DNA of 64,000 nt from a virus (Duplodnaviria; Heunggongvirae; Uroviricota; Caudoviricetes): positions 44,794-108,793 of IMG/VR virus record IMGVR_UViG_2974628062_000001; one strand, 5' to 3'. This document shows, one piece after another, positions 36,947-45,381 of the stretch. Below the pieces are notes generated by a model. The model was not told the DNA's origin and ran no database searches. It saw nothing but the letters and a program-made list of their open reading frames with translations. The translations under genes and the position numbers were made by a program. Positions within the stretch are counted from its first letter, which is position 1, and each line of letters opens with the position of its first letter.

Positions 36947-37837
36947 ATGCTAGAGCTGGTTATTAATCGCGGAATTCCTGGCAGTGGAAAGTCTACTTTC
37001 GCTGAGGCATGGGTTAATTCCGCAAATGGGCGGGTTCGTAGTAATCGAGATGACATTCGTCTTTCTGGTTATGGTGTTGAATTCGGTCCGCCTATCGATG
37101 AAAAGATTGTTACTGAGATTCAGCACGCAGGAATTCGAGCCGCACTTGCGGCGGGTGTTTCTGTTATTGTTGATGACTGCAACATTGAGCAGAAGTACAT
37201 CAATGTCCTTGCTCGGATTGGTTATGAGTACGGAGCAGAGGTTTCCATCAATCTGATTGATGTTCCTGTCGCTGTTGCTCTTGAGCGGAATCGTATTCGA
37301 AAGGACCACGGCGGACGATTTGTTCCGGAGAATGTAATTGTTTCTATGCATTCTCGACTTCAGGGCCTAAAGAATGTCAGTCTTCCTGAGCGAATTGTGT
37401 TCCAGAAGTACAATGGATATCACAAGAACCCTGAAGCCGTTATGGTTGATATCGATGGGACTCTTGCTAAGATGACTAAGCGCGGTCCATTCGACTGGCT
37501 TCGTGTTGGTGAGGATGAGCCTATCGAGCGGGTTATTGAGATTGTCAACCTGTACTGGAGTGCTGGCAAGAAGATTGTGGTAATGTCTGGTCGTGACAGT
37601 GTTTGCCGAGAGCAGACGATTGAATGGCTTGACAGGAACGAGGTTCCGTGGGATGCTCTGTTCATGAGGCCAGAGAAGGACATGCGAAAGGACAGCATCG
37701 TCAAGCATGAGCTGTTCTGGGCACATGTTGCTCCCTGGTTCAATGTTCAGCTAGTTCTTGATGACCGCAAGCAGGTTGTTGACATGTGGCGTGAAATTGG
37801 CCTGACCTGCTTCCAAGTTGCCCCTGGAGATTTCTGA
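36947..37837 (+). CDS. pnkp: polynucleotide 5'-kinase/3'-phosphatase (T4 Pnk/PseT-like)
   Basis: P-loop GIPGSGKSTFAEAW as in T4 GCPGSGKSTWAREF; phosphatase DIDGTLA; C-terminus LDDRKQVVDMWREIGLTCFQVAPGDF nearly identical to T4 [26 protein letters not shown]. Confidence 0.85.
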   Translation: MLELVINRGIPGSGKSTFAEAWVNSANGRVRSNRDDIRLSGYGVEFGPPIDEKIVTEIQHAGIRAALAAGVSVIVDDCNIEQKYINVLARIGYEYGAEVSINLIDVPVAVALERNRIRKDHGGRFVPENVIVSMHSRLQGLKNVSLPERIVFQKYNGYHKNPEAVMVDIDGTLAKMTKRGPFDWLRVGEDEPIERVIEIVNLYWSAGKKIVVMSGRDSVCREQTIEWLDRNEVPWDALFMRPEKDMRKDSIVKHELFWAHVAPWFNVQLVLDDRKQVVDMWREIGLTCFQVAPGDF

Positions 37838-38043
37838 TGGAAATTCTTGGCGCTCTGTTTTTGACCATCATTGCTGTAATTGCTGTATTGTGGTGTATCG
37901 GAATGCCTTGGCTTGCGCTAGGGTTTGGTGGACCATCAGTTGGTAATTGGGCATGGATGATTGGTGGACTTGCGGTTGCCTCAGTCATTGTGCTAGGATG
38001 GTGGCACTTCGTAGGCACAAACATTCACTTCAGCTTCGGCTAA
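37837..38043 (+). CDS. hypothetical membrane protein
   Basis: hydrophobic 68 aa. Confidence 0.4.
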   Translation: MEILGALFLTIIAVIAVLWCIGMPWLALGFGGPSVGNWAWMIGGLAVASVIVLGWWHFVGTNIHFSFG

Positions 38044-38049
38044 AGTGGG

Positions 38050-38073
38050 GGCGGAGGAAACTCCGCCAAGCTT
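38050..38073 (+). repeat. GC hairpin + AAGCTT intergenic motif
   Basis: ggcggag-gaaa-ctccgcc then AAGCTT. Confidence 0.6.
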
Positions 38074-38087
38074 AGAAAGGAGACAAA

Positions 38088-38363
38088 GTGTCTGATGTAG
38101 AAATCAGCCTCTCAAAGGGGCGTGCAATTCTTGTCAAGAACATTCTGCTTAATTACCCGTCTTCATCTGTACTAGAGTTGAGGCGAATCGGTGAAATTGT
38201 AGAACAGCTTGAAACAGAAATTGCGCGGGTGTGGGACGAGAACCGAGACCAAGATGAACTGTGTAAGTGTTCACACCCTTATCACAGGCATTTTGACTCG
38301 TATGAAGACATGCACCCAATCGGCTGTAAGTATTGTGAGTGTGATACGTTTGAACGCGTTTGA
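38088..38363 (+). CDS. hypothetical protein
   Basis: RBS AAGGAG; GTG start. Confidence 0.45.
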   Translation: MSDVEISLSKGRAILVKNILLNYPSSSVLELRRIGEIVEQLETEIARVWDENRDQDELCKCSHPYHRHFDSYEDMHPIGCKYCECDTFERV

Positions 38364-38817
38364 GTTCTTTGAAGAGCAGTGGAAAGAGCCAGTATGGGAT
38401 GCGCTCAGTGAGACCGAACAGCTACTTCTTGTGCACGAAGCATATGCGGAGAAGAAGTTTCGAGAGTGTGATGGCCACGCCTGGTCACTTGTGGTAGACT
38501 GTGGTCAAGCCAGCATCCAGTGCTTCAACTGCGAGGGTAGTTTCGAATATATCGCTGGTCCTGATTATCAGGAAATGATTAACTGCGAAGTAGACATTTA
38601 CTACCCACGCATTGAGATTGAAATTTCGGGGTCGTATGACAACCCCGAGCGGGAACCTGTGCTAGAGTTCTACACAGAGCATCCCGAAGATTTGTCAGGC
38701 TGTGCCTACTTCCAAGGTAAGGGAACATGTTCCTATGGTTGTTGGGAAGAGCCTAGGTGTCATACTGATGAGCCTGAGGGTGGTTGGCCATCTGAACGAT
38801 TTAAGGATTCACCTTGA
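38341..38817 (+). CDS. hypothetical Cys-rich protein (start uncertain)
   Basis: upstream half of track ORF 38209 overlaps previous gene. Confidence 0.35.
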   Translation: MIRLNAFEFFEEQWKEPVWDALSETEQLLLVHEAYAEKKFRECDGHAWSLVVDCGQASIQCFNCEGSFEYIAGPDYQEMINCEVDIYYPRIEIEISGSYDNPEREPVLEFYTEHPEDLSGCAYFQGKGTCSYGCWEEPRCHTDEPEGGWPSERFKDSP

Positions 38818-39026
38818 AGCAATATCCAAGTCCAGACAATTTCATGGACATCGTAGTAACTCAGCATGAAGATGACTTCACAAAGTGGCGGGTTGTCGGT
38901 GTTAGTGTAGACTGGGATGCAGTCAGACAGCTAGACATCGAGACAGACTTTGCCAACAAGGCACTTGCAGAAGCCTTCGTCAGAGGGTATACTGATAAGT
39001 ACGTCAGAAGGAACTTCTTCGATTGA
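38814..39026 (+). CDS. hypothetical protein
   Basis: ORF track. Confidence 0.4.
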   Translation: MKQYPSPDNFMDIVVTQHEDDFTKWRVVGVSVDWDAVRQLDIETDFANKALAEAFVRGYTDKYVRRNFFD

Positions 39027-39032
39027 GATATT

Positions 39033-39052
39033 GCGGCTTCGGCCGCAAGCTT
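39033..39052 (+). repeat. GC hairpin + AAGCTT motif fused to promoter -35
   Basis: gcggc-ttcg-gccgc then AAGCTTGACA. Confidence 0.6.
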
Positions 39053-39080
39053 GACAGACCAACACAAAGTCTGTTATGAT
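39051..39080 (+). promoter_or_regulatory. sigma-70-like promoter for tRNA-Leu(UAG)
   Basis: TTGACA-18-TATGAT, 13 nt before tRNA 5' end. Confidence 0.55.
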
Positions 39081-39092
39081 TGATAACATCAA

Positions 39093-39173
39093 GCCCGTGT
39101 GGTGGAATTAGGCAGACACGCTAGTCTTAGGAACTAGTCTTTCGGGGTGCAGGTTCGAGTCCTGTCACGGGTA
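39093..39173 (+). tRNA. tRNA-Leu(UAG), long variable arm
   Basis: acceptor gcccgtg/cacgggt; anticodon stem ctagt/actag, loop cttagga. Confidence 0.75.
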
Positions 39174-39202
39174 CTTTATCGTTAAATTACAAAGGGGATG
39201 TA

Positions 39203-39382
39203 ATGAGCAACTTCAACTATGGTGACGACGTTGTTGATGTCAGTGGCGCTGAGGGCAGGGTCGTTGATGAGACTCGTGGTGGCGGAAAGGTTACCGTCCG
39301 AATCACCAAGGAAGGTCCCAATTCGGTTTTCCGAAAGGGACAGCGTGTAGACATTCTTGAGCGACAGCTCAGGAAGAAGTAG
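39203..39382 (+). CDS. hypothetical small protein
   Basis: 59 aa; RBS AAGGGGA. Confidence 0.4.
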   Translation: MSNFNYGDDVVDVSGAEGRVVDETRGGGKVTVRITKEGPNSVFRKGQRVDILERQLRKK

Positions 39383-39390
39383 TAAAATCT

Positions 39391-39410
39391 GGAGCTTCGG
39401 CTCCAAGCTT
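39391..39410 (+). repeat. GC hairpin + AAGCTT intergenic motif
   Basis: ggagc-ttcg-gctcc then AAGCTT then AGGAGG. Confidence 0.6.
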
Positions 39411-39421
39411 AGGAGGTCATA

Positions 39422-39613
39422 ATGGCTAAGAGAGCAAGAATGAATTCTCCTGTTAAGATTTCAAAACCAAATAATGCCATCAACAGGAGATACAAGGATG
39501 AGCTAGGAATCATCTTTGATATCAAGACTGAAGAAAGACGAACTTATTACATGGTTCGTCTGAATGGAGGGCATACTATCTCTGTTGATAGAGATGAAAT
39601 TACAGTGCTATGA
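39422..39613 (+). CDS. hypothetical protein
   Basis: RBS AGGAGG. Confidence 0.45.
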   Translation: MAKRARMNSPVKISKPNNAINRRYKDELGIIFDIKTEERRTYYMVRLNGGHTISVDRDEITVL

Positions 39614-39798
39614 AACTTCCACATTACATCAGTCGAAAGTCATGGTCACAAGGTGACAGAGTAGTTGTAGCAGTTGGACAGCACAAGGGCAAGCATGGTA
39701 CAGTGAAGCTATTCGCTACAAAGCACAACTACCTTGTTCTTCTCGATGGAGAAGAAAGGCCAAGACAGTTCCATAAGGGTGCATTGGACCCTGAATAG
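39610..39798 (+). CDS. hypothetical protein
   Basis: ORF track. Confidence 0.4.
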   Translation: MKLPHYISRKSWSQGDRVVVAVGQHKGKHGTVKLFATKHNYLVLLDGEERPRQFHKGALDPE

Positions 39799-39811
39799 GA
39801 GATAGAAACAA

Positions 39812-39970
39812 ATGGCTAATGAAAGCGGAATTCCGAAGCCTGCAAAGTACGCAGTTAAGTGTGACAAGTCCCCTTCTGGGAAGCACACTCCTACTACGCG
39901 TGAAACCAAGGTTGATGGCAAGCACATCAAGTACAAGGTTTGTACGAATTGCAACGGAACGCTTAAGTAA
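39812..39970 (+). CDS. hypothetical zinc-ribbon peptide
   Basis: 52 aa; VKCDK..CTNC. Confidence 0.35.
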   Translation: MANESGIPKPAKYAVKCDKSPSGKHTPTTRETKVDGKHIKYKVCTNCNGTLK

Positions 39971-39977
39971 AACCAAT

Positions 39978-39989
39978 GCCCTTCGGGGC
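39978..39989 (+). other. GC tetraloop hairpin 3 nt upstream of tRNA-Val
   Basis: gccc-ttcg-gggc. Confidence 0.5.
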
Positions 39990-39992
39990 TAT

Positions 39993-40064
39993 GCGGGGTT
40001 AGCTCAGTGGGAGAGCGTCTGCCTTACAAGCAGAGGGCCGGGGGTTCGAATCCCTCACTCCGTA
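39993..40064 (+). tRNA. tRNA-Val(UAC)
   Basis: acceptor gcggggt/actccgt; anticodon stem tctgc/gcaga, loop cttacaa. Confidence 0.75.
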
Positions 40065-40232
40065 CAATGGGAGAAATACCGAAAGGCTGGCACCTTTCGG
40101 CGGGTTTAGCAATGCTGTGCCAGCAGTAAGTTGTTAACACCGGGAATGGATTATAACCCCATTCCGTAATCCCGTAAGCTAAATCCTCAGTGCAGATACG
40201 TAAACAGTGGGGTTGAAAGAAGTCTGCACAAT

Positions 40233-40312
40233 GCCCGCGTAGGCGAATGGTATAGCCGCTGGTCTCAAACACCAGGCCGAAAGGCGTGTCGGTTCGACTC
40301 CGACCGTGGGTA
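40233..40312 (+). tRNA. tRNA-Leu(CAA), long variable arm
   Basis: acceptor gcccgcg/cgtgggt; anticodon stem ctggt/accag, loop ctcaaac; T-arm gtcggTTCGACTccgac. Confidence 0.75.
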
Positions 40313-40416
40313 CATGTCTCTTGGAAGACCTCCGGGTGAAATCCCGAATCCAAGTGGTGGCACTAAGCCACGACAGCCTAAACCGCCAACCGGTCCAGGC
40401 CGATAAAAGGAGAAAA

Positions 40417-40602
40417 ATGATGCAGTTTACGAAGGTTGATGAAGACGCTTACACAGTTCTTGTGAATCTTGATACGATTCGTAGGATTGGTTCTCTCAGT
40501 GGAGATGAGCGAGACGCAGTAATTGCTACGGGGTTCCGTAATGCGCATGAGCGTCTGTCACAGCCTGAGACTTCTGAAGAGTCGGTAGAGACCTCAGAGT
40601 GA
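40417..40602 (+). CDS. hypothetical protein
   Basis: RBS AAAGGAG then ATGATG. Confidence 0.4.
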   Translation: MMQFTKVDEDAYTVLVNLDTIRRIGSLSGDERDAVIATGFRNAHERLSQPETSEESVETSE

Positions 40603-40607
40603 ACAGC

Positions 40608-40631
40608 GGCCCCGGAAACGGGGCCAAGCTT
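40608..40631 (+). repeat. GC hairpin + AAGCTT intergenic motif
   Basis: ggccccg-gaaa-cggggcc then AAGCTT. Confidence 0.6.
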
Positions 40632-40649
40632 TTGAGAGAGGGTGGTAAA

Positions 40650-40868
40650 ATGGCGAAGACCAAGTGGGTGCCAGTAGGAAATAGGATGATGGACAGAGCT
40701 TATCTGAGAGATGGCAATGTCGTTCATACTGGTGAGGCTCTGCTACTTGCACTTCTGTTTCATGCTAAGGGAAAGACAAAGCGTGGAAATGATGAGCTGA
40801 AGCAAGTTTCTAAGATGCTGGATGACCCTAATCTCAACAATAAGAGGACTCCCCGCAGGAAGAAGTAA
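40650..40868 (+). CDS. hypothetical protein
   Basis: RBS GAGGGTGG. Confidence 0.45.
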   Translation: MAKTKWVPVGNRMMDRAYLRDGNVVHTGEALLLALLFHAKGKTKRGNDELKQVSKMLDDPNLNNKRTPRRKK

Positions 40869-40877
40869 TTCTTTCTT

Positions 40878-40896
40878 GGCGGGGTTTTCCCGTTTT
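40878..40896 (+). terminator. weak terminator
   Basis: ggcgggg-tttt-cccg then TTTT. Confidence 0.35.
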
Positions 40897-40905
40897 AGGA
40901 GCGTA

Positions 40906-41250
40906 ATGGCACAACTAATTATGAATAGAACAGATTCCCGTTGTGGAAACTGTAATAAGCCTGCTGACCTGTATGAGTCAGGTCACCACACCATCCTTGG
41001 CTACACAGAAAATGGTCAGCCGGGTTGCGGTGAAGAGTGGGACAGTGTAAGCTCTGATTATGTGAACATGCCAGAGCAGATGACTGAGTGGCACTTCAAC
41101 AAGACTCATCTCATCGGCTTGCCAGTGTATAGTTGGTCAAGCAAGGAACCGATTGGACTATTTGGTGGCCAGACAAGAGAGAATGCGACGTTGCCCACAG
41201 TGTCAGAAGAAGACGATGACACCATTTATGAGGCAGAAGATTTGCGGTAA
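40906..41250 (+). CDS. hypothetical Cys-containing protein
   Basis: RBS TAGGAG. Confidence 0.45.
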   Translation: MAQLIMNRTDSRCGNCNKPADLYESGHHTILGYTENGQPGCGEEWDSVSSDYVNMPEQMTEWHFNKTHLIGLPVYSWSSKEPIGLFGGQTRENATLPTVSEEDDDTIYEAEDLR

Positions 41251-41282
41251 CTGTTCCGCAGAAGAAATTATTAGGAGTATTC

Positions 41283-41513
41283 GTGGCGGGTCTGCCGAAG
41301 AAGTTGTACTATGTCCTAGTGAAGCCAGGGGGAACACCCCTGAAGTACCGTCAGAAGGGCGGAGGGACATACACGAACGAGAAGTTTGCGAAGAGTCAGT
41401 ATGAGAGCTTGAAGACTCACGGTTCTCGTGTAGAATTGTACAGTACCGAACTTGAGTGGAAGCTAGAAGAGACTTCTACCAACCCTATGGAAGGAATGCC
41501 AGGACTATGGTAA
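41283..41513 (+). CDS. hypothetical protein (GTG start)
   Basis: RBS AGGAG 6 nt upstream of GTG. Confidence 0.4.
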   Translation: MAGLPKKLYYVLVKPGGTPLKYRQKGGGTYTNEKFAKSQYESLKTHGSRVELYSTELEWKLEETSTNPMEGMPGLW

Positions 41514-41983
41514 CTTACGTCAAGGGTGATGCGACCAATCCTCAGGGTGATGGTCCAAAGATTATCGCTCACGTCTGTAATGATGAAGGCGGATGGGGAG
41601 CAGGGTTTGTTCTGGCAGTTGATAAGCTGTCTCCGCGCCCGAAGAATTTTTACAAGAATGAGTATGCATTCTACATGGATGCCGGTTATGCATTCATGCC
41701 TCTTGGCGTGATTGACGTTGTTCCTGTTGGTGGCGACACCTATGTGTGTAATATGATTGCTCAGCATCGAACGATTCGTAATCAGCCCCGTCCGCTTTGT
41801 TACAAGTCTCTTGAGATTTGCCTAACCAAGTTGGCTGAGTATGCGGTTGCAGAGGGTGCTACAATTCATATGCCTCGCATCGGTTGCGGTCTTGCAGGTG
41901 GCGACTGGAATGTGGTAGAGTCGATTATCAATCGTACCCTCACGCTTCGTGATGTTGACGTGACAGTGTACGACCTTCCGTAA
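41507..41983 (+). CDS. macro domain protein (ADP-ribose binding/hydrolase-like)
   Basis: IAHVCNDEGGWGAGFVLAV macro-fold glycine motif. Confidence 0.55.
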   Translation: MVTYVKGDATNPQGDGPKIIAHVCNDEGGWGAGFVLAVDKLSPRPKNFYKNEYAFYMDAGYAFMPLGVIDVVPVGGDTYVCNMIAQHRTIRNQPRPLCYKSLEICLTKLAEYAVAEGATIHMPRIGCGLAGGDWNVVESIINRTLTLRDVDVTVYDLP

Positions 41984-41990
41984 GGAAGGT

Positions 41991-42012
41991 GGGGAGGAAA
42001 CTCCCCAAGCTT
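41991..42012 (+). repeat. GC hairpin + AAGCTT intergenic motif
   Basis: ggggag-gaaa-ctcccc then AAGCTT. Confidence 0.6.
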
Positions 42013-42040
42013 CATTGGTACAACAAAGGAGAATTAACCA

Positions 42041-43966
42041 ATGCGACCCAACACTGCAATTGCCGAGCGTCAGGGTGACCTTGGTGGTGAAAAGGTCCAG
42101 ATGACCTTTGACCAGAACAGTCTTGCCCACTTGATGTCTGTTCTGACCGACCTGTATTCTGACCCTGAGCTTGCGGTAATCCGTGAGTACAGCACCAATG
42201 CCTATGATGCACAGCTTCGTGCAGGAGTTGTTCGGCCCATTGAGGTTGTTACTCCGAATCAGCTTTCACCTTTCTTCAAGGTGAAGGATTATGGTATTGG
42301 AATGAACGCAACCGATATCCGGGAGATTTATTCTCAGTACGGTGCGTCTACTAAGCGTGATAGCGATGACCAGGTTGGTATGCTTGGTCTCGGATGCAAG
42401 TCTGCTCTGACTTACACCAATAGCTTTACTGTTTCGGCGGTAAAGGATGGCGTAAAGACTCTGGTTGTTGTTTCTCGTTCTGAGGACGGTTCTGGAGTTA
42501 TGGAGATTCTTTCTGAGGCTGAAACGACCGACCCGAATGGTGTTGAGATTATCGTTCCGGTCAAGAGCTACAATCAGTTTGAGCAGAAGGCTAAGAACTT
42601 CTTCCGATTCTGGGATGACAATACAGTTCTTCTGAATGGAAAGCCTGTCGAGCGTATTTCCGGCCGGGTTATTTCCGATAACATGCTCATCGCAAATGGT
42701 CTGAATCAGGACTATGTTGTTATGGGTAACGTTCCCTATCAGATTAGTTCTGGTTTCAGTATCTCGAACCGTGGCTACGGCTATCAGAACGGTGTGGTCG
42801 CTCGTGTCGAAATTGGAGACGTGAGTTTTACTCCGTCCCGTGAGGCACTGCACTACACTATTCGAACCAAGGAGACAATTAAGAGGCTCCAGGAAGAGTA
42901 TGCGGCGGGTATCAAGGATGCTCTTCAGCGTGATGTTGATGCCGCAGAGACTAACAAGGATGCTGTCATGGCATACTTTGAATGGTCTAAGATTCTGTAT
43001 GGTAGTGTCCAGCGTGCTCCCAAGATTGAGTACAAGGGCAAGAACATCCCGACTCATGTCAGTGTGAAGAACTTCCTTTACAAGATGACGAGTTCGCGGT
43101 ATGCTGTACAGGAGGGCACGGGCCTCTACCTTGACAACATGATGGATATTCCGGTAATTCACGGATTCAAGTTCCACAAGGTTGCTTCTCATCACCGTGA
43201 GAAGATTCGTCTATGGTGCTCTAAGACCGGGATTACCTCTCACAGTGTTATTCTAGTTGATGAGGTTCCTGAGGCTTATAAGGAGTGGGTTGGTGAAGAC
43301 CAGCTCTATTCTTGGGAGACTGAGGTCAAGGTCGTAAAGAAGGACCGACCGAAGGTTGTGCGACGGGAAAAGGTTGAGTACGATGTATATCGTGAGGGCA
43401 CTGCCCGACGAGAATCCATCACTCTTGATGAGTTCCCCGATGATGTCGAAATGGTTCTGGTTTCCGCTGCGGAACTTAAGAACGTCGATTACCATTGGTT
43501 CAATACCTTCAAGGAGATTTTCCCGGACATGATGATTGTGCGTATCCCGACAACTCGTTGGGGTAAGTTCGAGCGGGATTTCGGAAAGACTCAGTCGCTC
43601 CGTGACTTCCTTGAAGAGAAGAGTCAGGATGCTGCTGACCTTCTTACCGAGGATGATAAGACATACATGAACCTTGATTGGCACGCTCGTAGGGCTCTGC
43701 CGAGACTTGATGACAAGAAGATTGACGACAAGCAGCTTGCTCGATTTATTCGAGTGACCCGCCGGGACAGTGAATCCAATGAAATCAGGAATTACAAGCG
43801 TATCAACTCTCTCTGCTCTGGAATTCATGCGCAGCAAACGGGTGTGGAACATGAGGCTTACACTCCTTTCGTTGAGTACCCTCTTCTGAGTGGCCTTGGC
43901 GATAGCAGGAATTCAATTGTCTATGACCACGCAGTCCTGTATGTCAATGCAGTATACAATTCGTAA
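42041..43966 (+). CDS. Hsp90/HtpG-like GHKL ATPase
   Basis: 641 aa; IREYSTNAYDA vs Hsp90 LRELISNASDA; DYGIGM vs DTGIGM; GMLGLGCKSAL vs GQFGVGFYSAF. Confidence 0.55.
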   Translation: MRPNTAIAERQGDLGGEKVQMTFDQNSLAHLMSVLTDLYSDPELAVIREYSTNAYDAQLRAGVVRPIEVVTPNQLSPFFKVKDYGIGMNATDIREIYSQYGASTKRDSDDQVGMLGLGCKSALTYTNSFTVSAVKDGVKTLVVVSRSEDGSGVMEILSEAETTDPNGVEIIVPVKSYNQFEQKAKNFFRFWDDNTVLLNGKPVERISGRVISDNMLIANGLNQDYVVMGNVPYQISSGFSISNRGYGYQNGVVARVEIGDVSFTPSREALHYTIRTKETIKRLQEEYAAGIKDALQRDVDAAETNKDAVMAYFEWSKILYGSVQRAPKIEYKGKNIPTHVSVKNFLYKMTSSRYAVQEGTGLYLDNMMDIPVIHGFKFHKVASHHREKIRLWCSKTGITSHSVILVDEVPEAYKEWVGEDQLYSWETEVKVVKKDRPKVVRREKVEYDVYREGTARRESITLDEFPDDVEMVLVSAAELKNVDYHWFNTFKEIFPDMMIVRIPTTRWGKFERDFGKTQSLRDFLEEKSQDAADLLTEDDKTYMNLDWHARRALPRLDDKKIDDKQLARFIRVTRRDSESNEIRNYKRINSLCSGIHAQQTGVEHEAYTPFVEYPLLSGLGDSRNSIVYDHAVLYVNAVYNS

Positions 43967-43973
43967 GAATTGT

Positions 43974-43993
43974 GCCCCTTCGGGGGCAAGCTT
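43974..43993 (+). repeat. GC hairpin + AAGCTT intergenic motif
   Basis: gcccc-ttcg-ggggc then AAGCTT. Confidence 0.6.
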
Positions 43994-44021
43994 CCCGAAA
44001 AGATATCTAAGGAGATACAAA

Positions 44022-44951
44022 ATGAGTTTCCCTTTCAGCATCTTCCGCTTCTCCGAGTCCGATGAGGTTAACCTTACCGCCTTCGTGGACGGACAGATGT
44101 ATTCTGCTACGGATTCGCACCCGAATTACGAGCGAATTAAGGAGCTGTGCGAGGCGGGGGACGAGAGTGTTGTTGAACTCTTTGACCTTTCCTTCACTGC
44201 ACAGAGGCGTTTCGAGCGCCTTTCTGAGCGAGTGAGCATTACTTCCGGCCGGATTTACTTTGATGGCGAAGAGGTTGATAACGCTCTTACTCAGCAGGTT
44301 GTTCGATTCATCAATGAGGGTGTAGAGGACTTTAAGCCTCTCGTTCTGTTCTTTGAGAAGGTGCAGACGAACCCGAATTCACATTCTCAGGAGCAGCTTT
44401 ACCGCTGGCTCAAGGACCGTGCTTTCACGATTAACCAGGACGGCAACATTGTTGCTTACAAGGGTGTGAAGAAGGTCACGGCTGACCATCAGTACGAGAG
44501 TATTTCTCACGGTACTGCTATGGTTGATGGTGTTGAGCACACGGGTGGTATTCCTAACCCGCTCGGTGCAGTTGTTGAGATGCCTCGTTCTGAGGTTCAG
44601 CACAACCCGGCGGTTGGCTGTCACACTGGTCTGCACGCTGGTACGTGGAATTACGCGTCCGGGTTTGCTCAGGGTGCGGTTCTGACCGTTGAGATTAACC
44701 CGCGCGATGTGGTTTCGGTTCCGACCGATTGCCAGGACCAGAAGATGCGCGTTTGCCGTTACACTGTGACTGGAGTCACTGAGCAGGAGCTTGGCAGTTA
44801 TGTAACTGACGAGTATGATGAGGACGAAGAGGTTGAGGACGTTGAGCTTCCGGAGGAGACTCCGGAGCCCGTGAAGTATCAGCAGGTTGGTTGGCTGACT
44901 TCTGTGCCTTACCCTTACGATGATGATGAGGAAGAGGACGACGTTTTCTGA
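44022..44951 (+). CDS. hypothetical protein, acidic C-terminus
   Basis: RBS AAGGAG; 309 aa. Confidence 0.5.
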   Translation: MSFPFSIFRFSESDEVNLTAFVDGQMYSATDSHPNYERIKELCEAGDESVVELFDLSFTAQRRFERLSERVSITSGRIYFDGEEVDNALTQQVVRFINEGVEDFKPLVLFFEKVQTNPNSHSQEQLYRWLKDRAFTINQDGNIVAYKGVKKVTADHQYESISHGTAMVDGVEHTGGIPNPLGAVVEMPRSEVQHNPAVGCHTGLHAGTWNYASGFAQGAVLTVEINPRDVVSVPTDCQDQKMRVCRYTVTGVTEQELGSYVTDEYDEDEEVEDVELPEETPEPVKYQQVGWLTSVPYPYDDDEEEDDVF

Positions 44952-44958
44952 TTCATCT

Positions 44959-44978
44959 GCCCCTTCGGGGGCAAGCTT
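44959..44978 (+). repeat. GC hairpin + AAGCTT intergenic motif
   Basis: gcccc-ttcg-ggggc then AAGCTT. Confidence 0.6.
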
Positions 44979-44981
44979 CCA

Positions 44982-45176
44982 ATGACAGAGGAGAATGAAA
45001 TGGTGTCACACGAGAATGTTTCAACGGTAGGCCAGCTCATGGCAGTTTTGATGGGATATGAGTCTGATACTCCTGTTAAGATTCGTGTAGATGATGGCTG
45101 TGGATGCTGCTCTTCGGGTGGCACCTTGGAAGTCGTTTCAGTAGAGTTTGATGGCAAGGAGATTGAACTCAACTAA
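44982..45176 (+). CDS. hypothetical protein
   Basis: RBS GAGGAG. Confidence 0.4.
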   Translation: MTEENEMVSHENVSTVGQLMAVLMGYESDTPVKIRVDDGCGCCSSGGTLEVVSVEFDGKEIELN

Positions 45177-45182
45177 TCAGAT

Positions 45183-45202
45183 GGCCCGAAAGGGCCAAGC
45201 TT
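45183..45202 (+). repeat. GC hairpin + AAGCTT intergenic motif
   Basis: ggccc-gaaa-gggcc then AAGCTT then AGGAGG. Confidence 0.6.
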
Positions 45203-45212
45203 AGGAGGTATA

Positions 45213-45377
45213 ATGTTTGACCCAGAAGACTTCTTCCCTGAAGAAATTCTTGAAGAGCTTGAAGATACAGACACAAGCCTGTATGATATTCTTCCAGAAG
45301 AACTTCTTCAGTATCTTGAAGATGAAGATGACAGAAACCATTGGGACCGATACGACGAGATGCCTTGGAATGGGTGA
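45213..45377 (+). CDS. hypothetical highly acidic small protein
   Basis: 54 aa; RBS AGGAGG. Confidence 0.4.
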   Translation: MFDPEDFFPEEILEELEDTDTSLYDILPEELLQYLEDEDDRNHWDRYDEMPWNG

Positions 45378-45381
45378 TTAA

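Noticed and set aside
42266-43195. 309-aa minus-strand ORF
   Set aside because: Antisense to the Hsp90-like gene.
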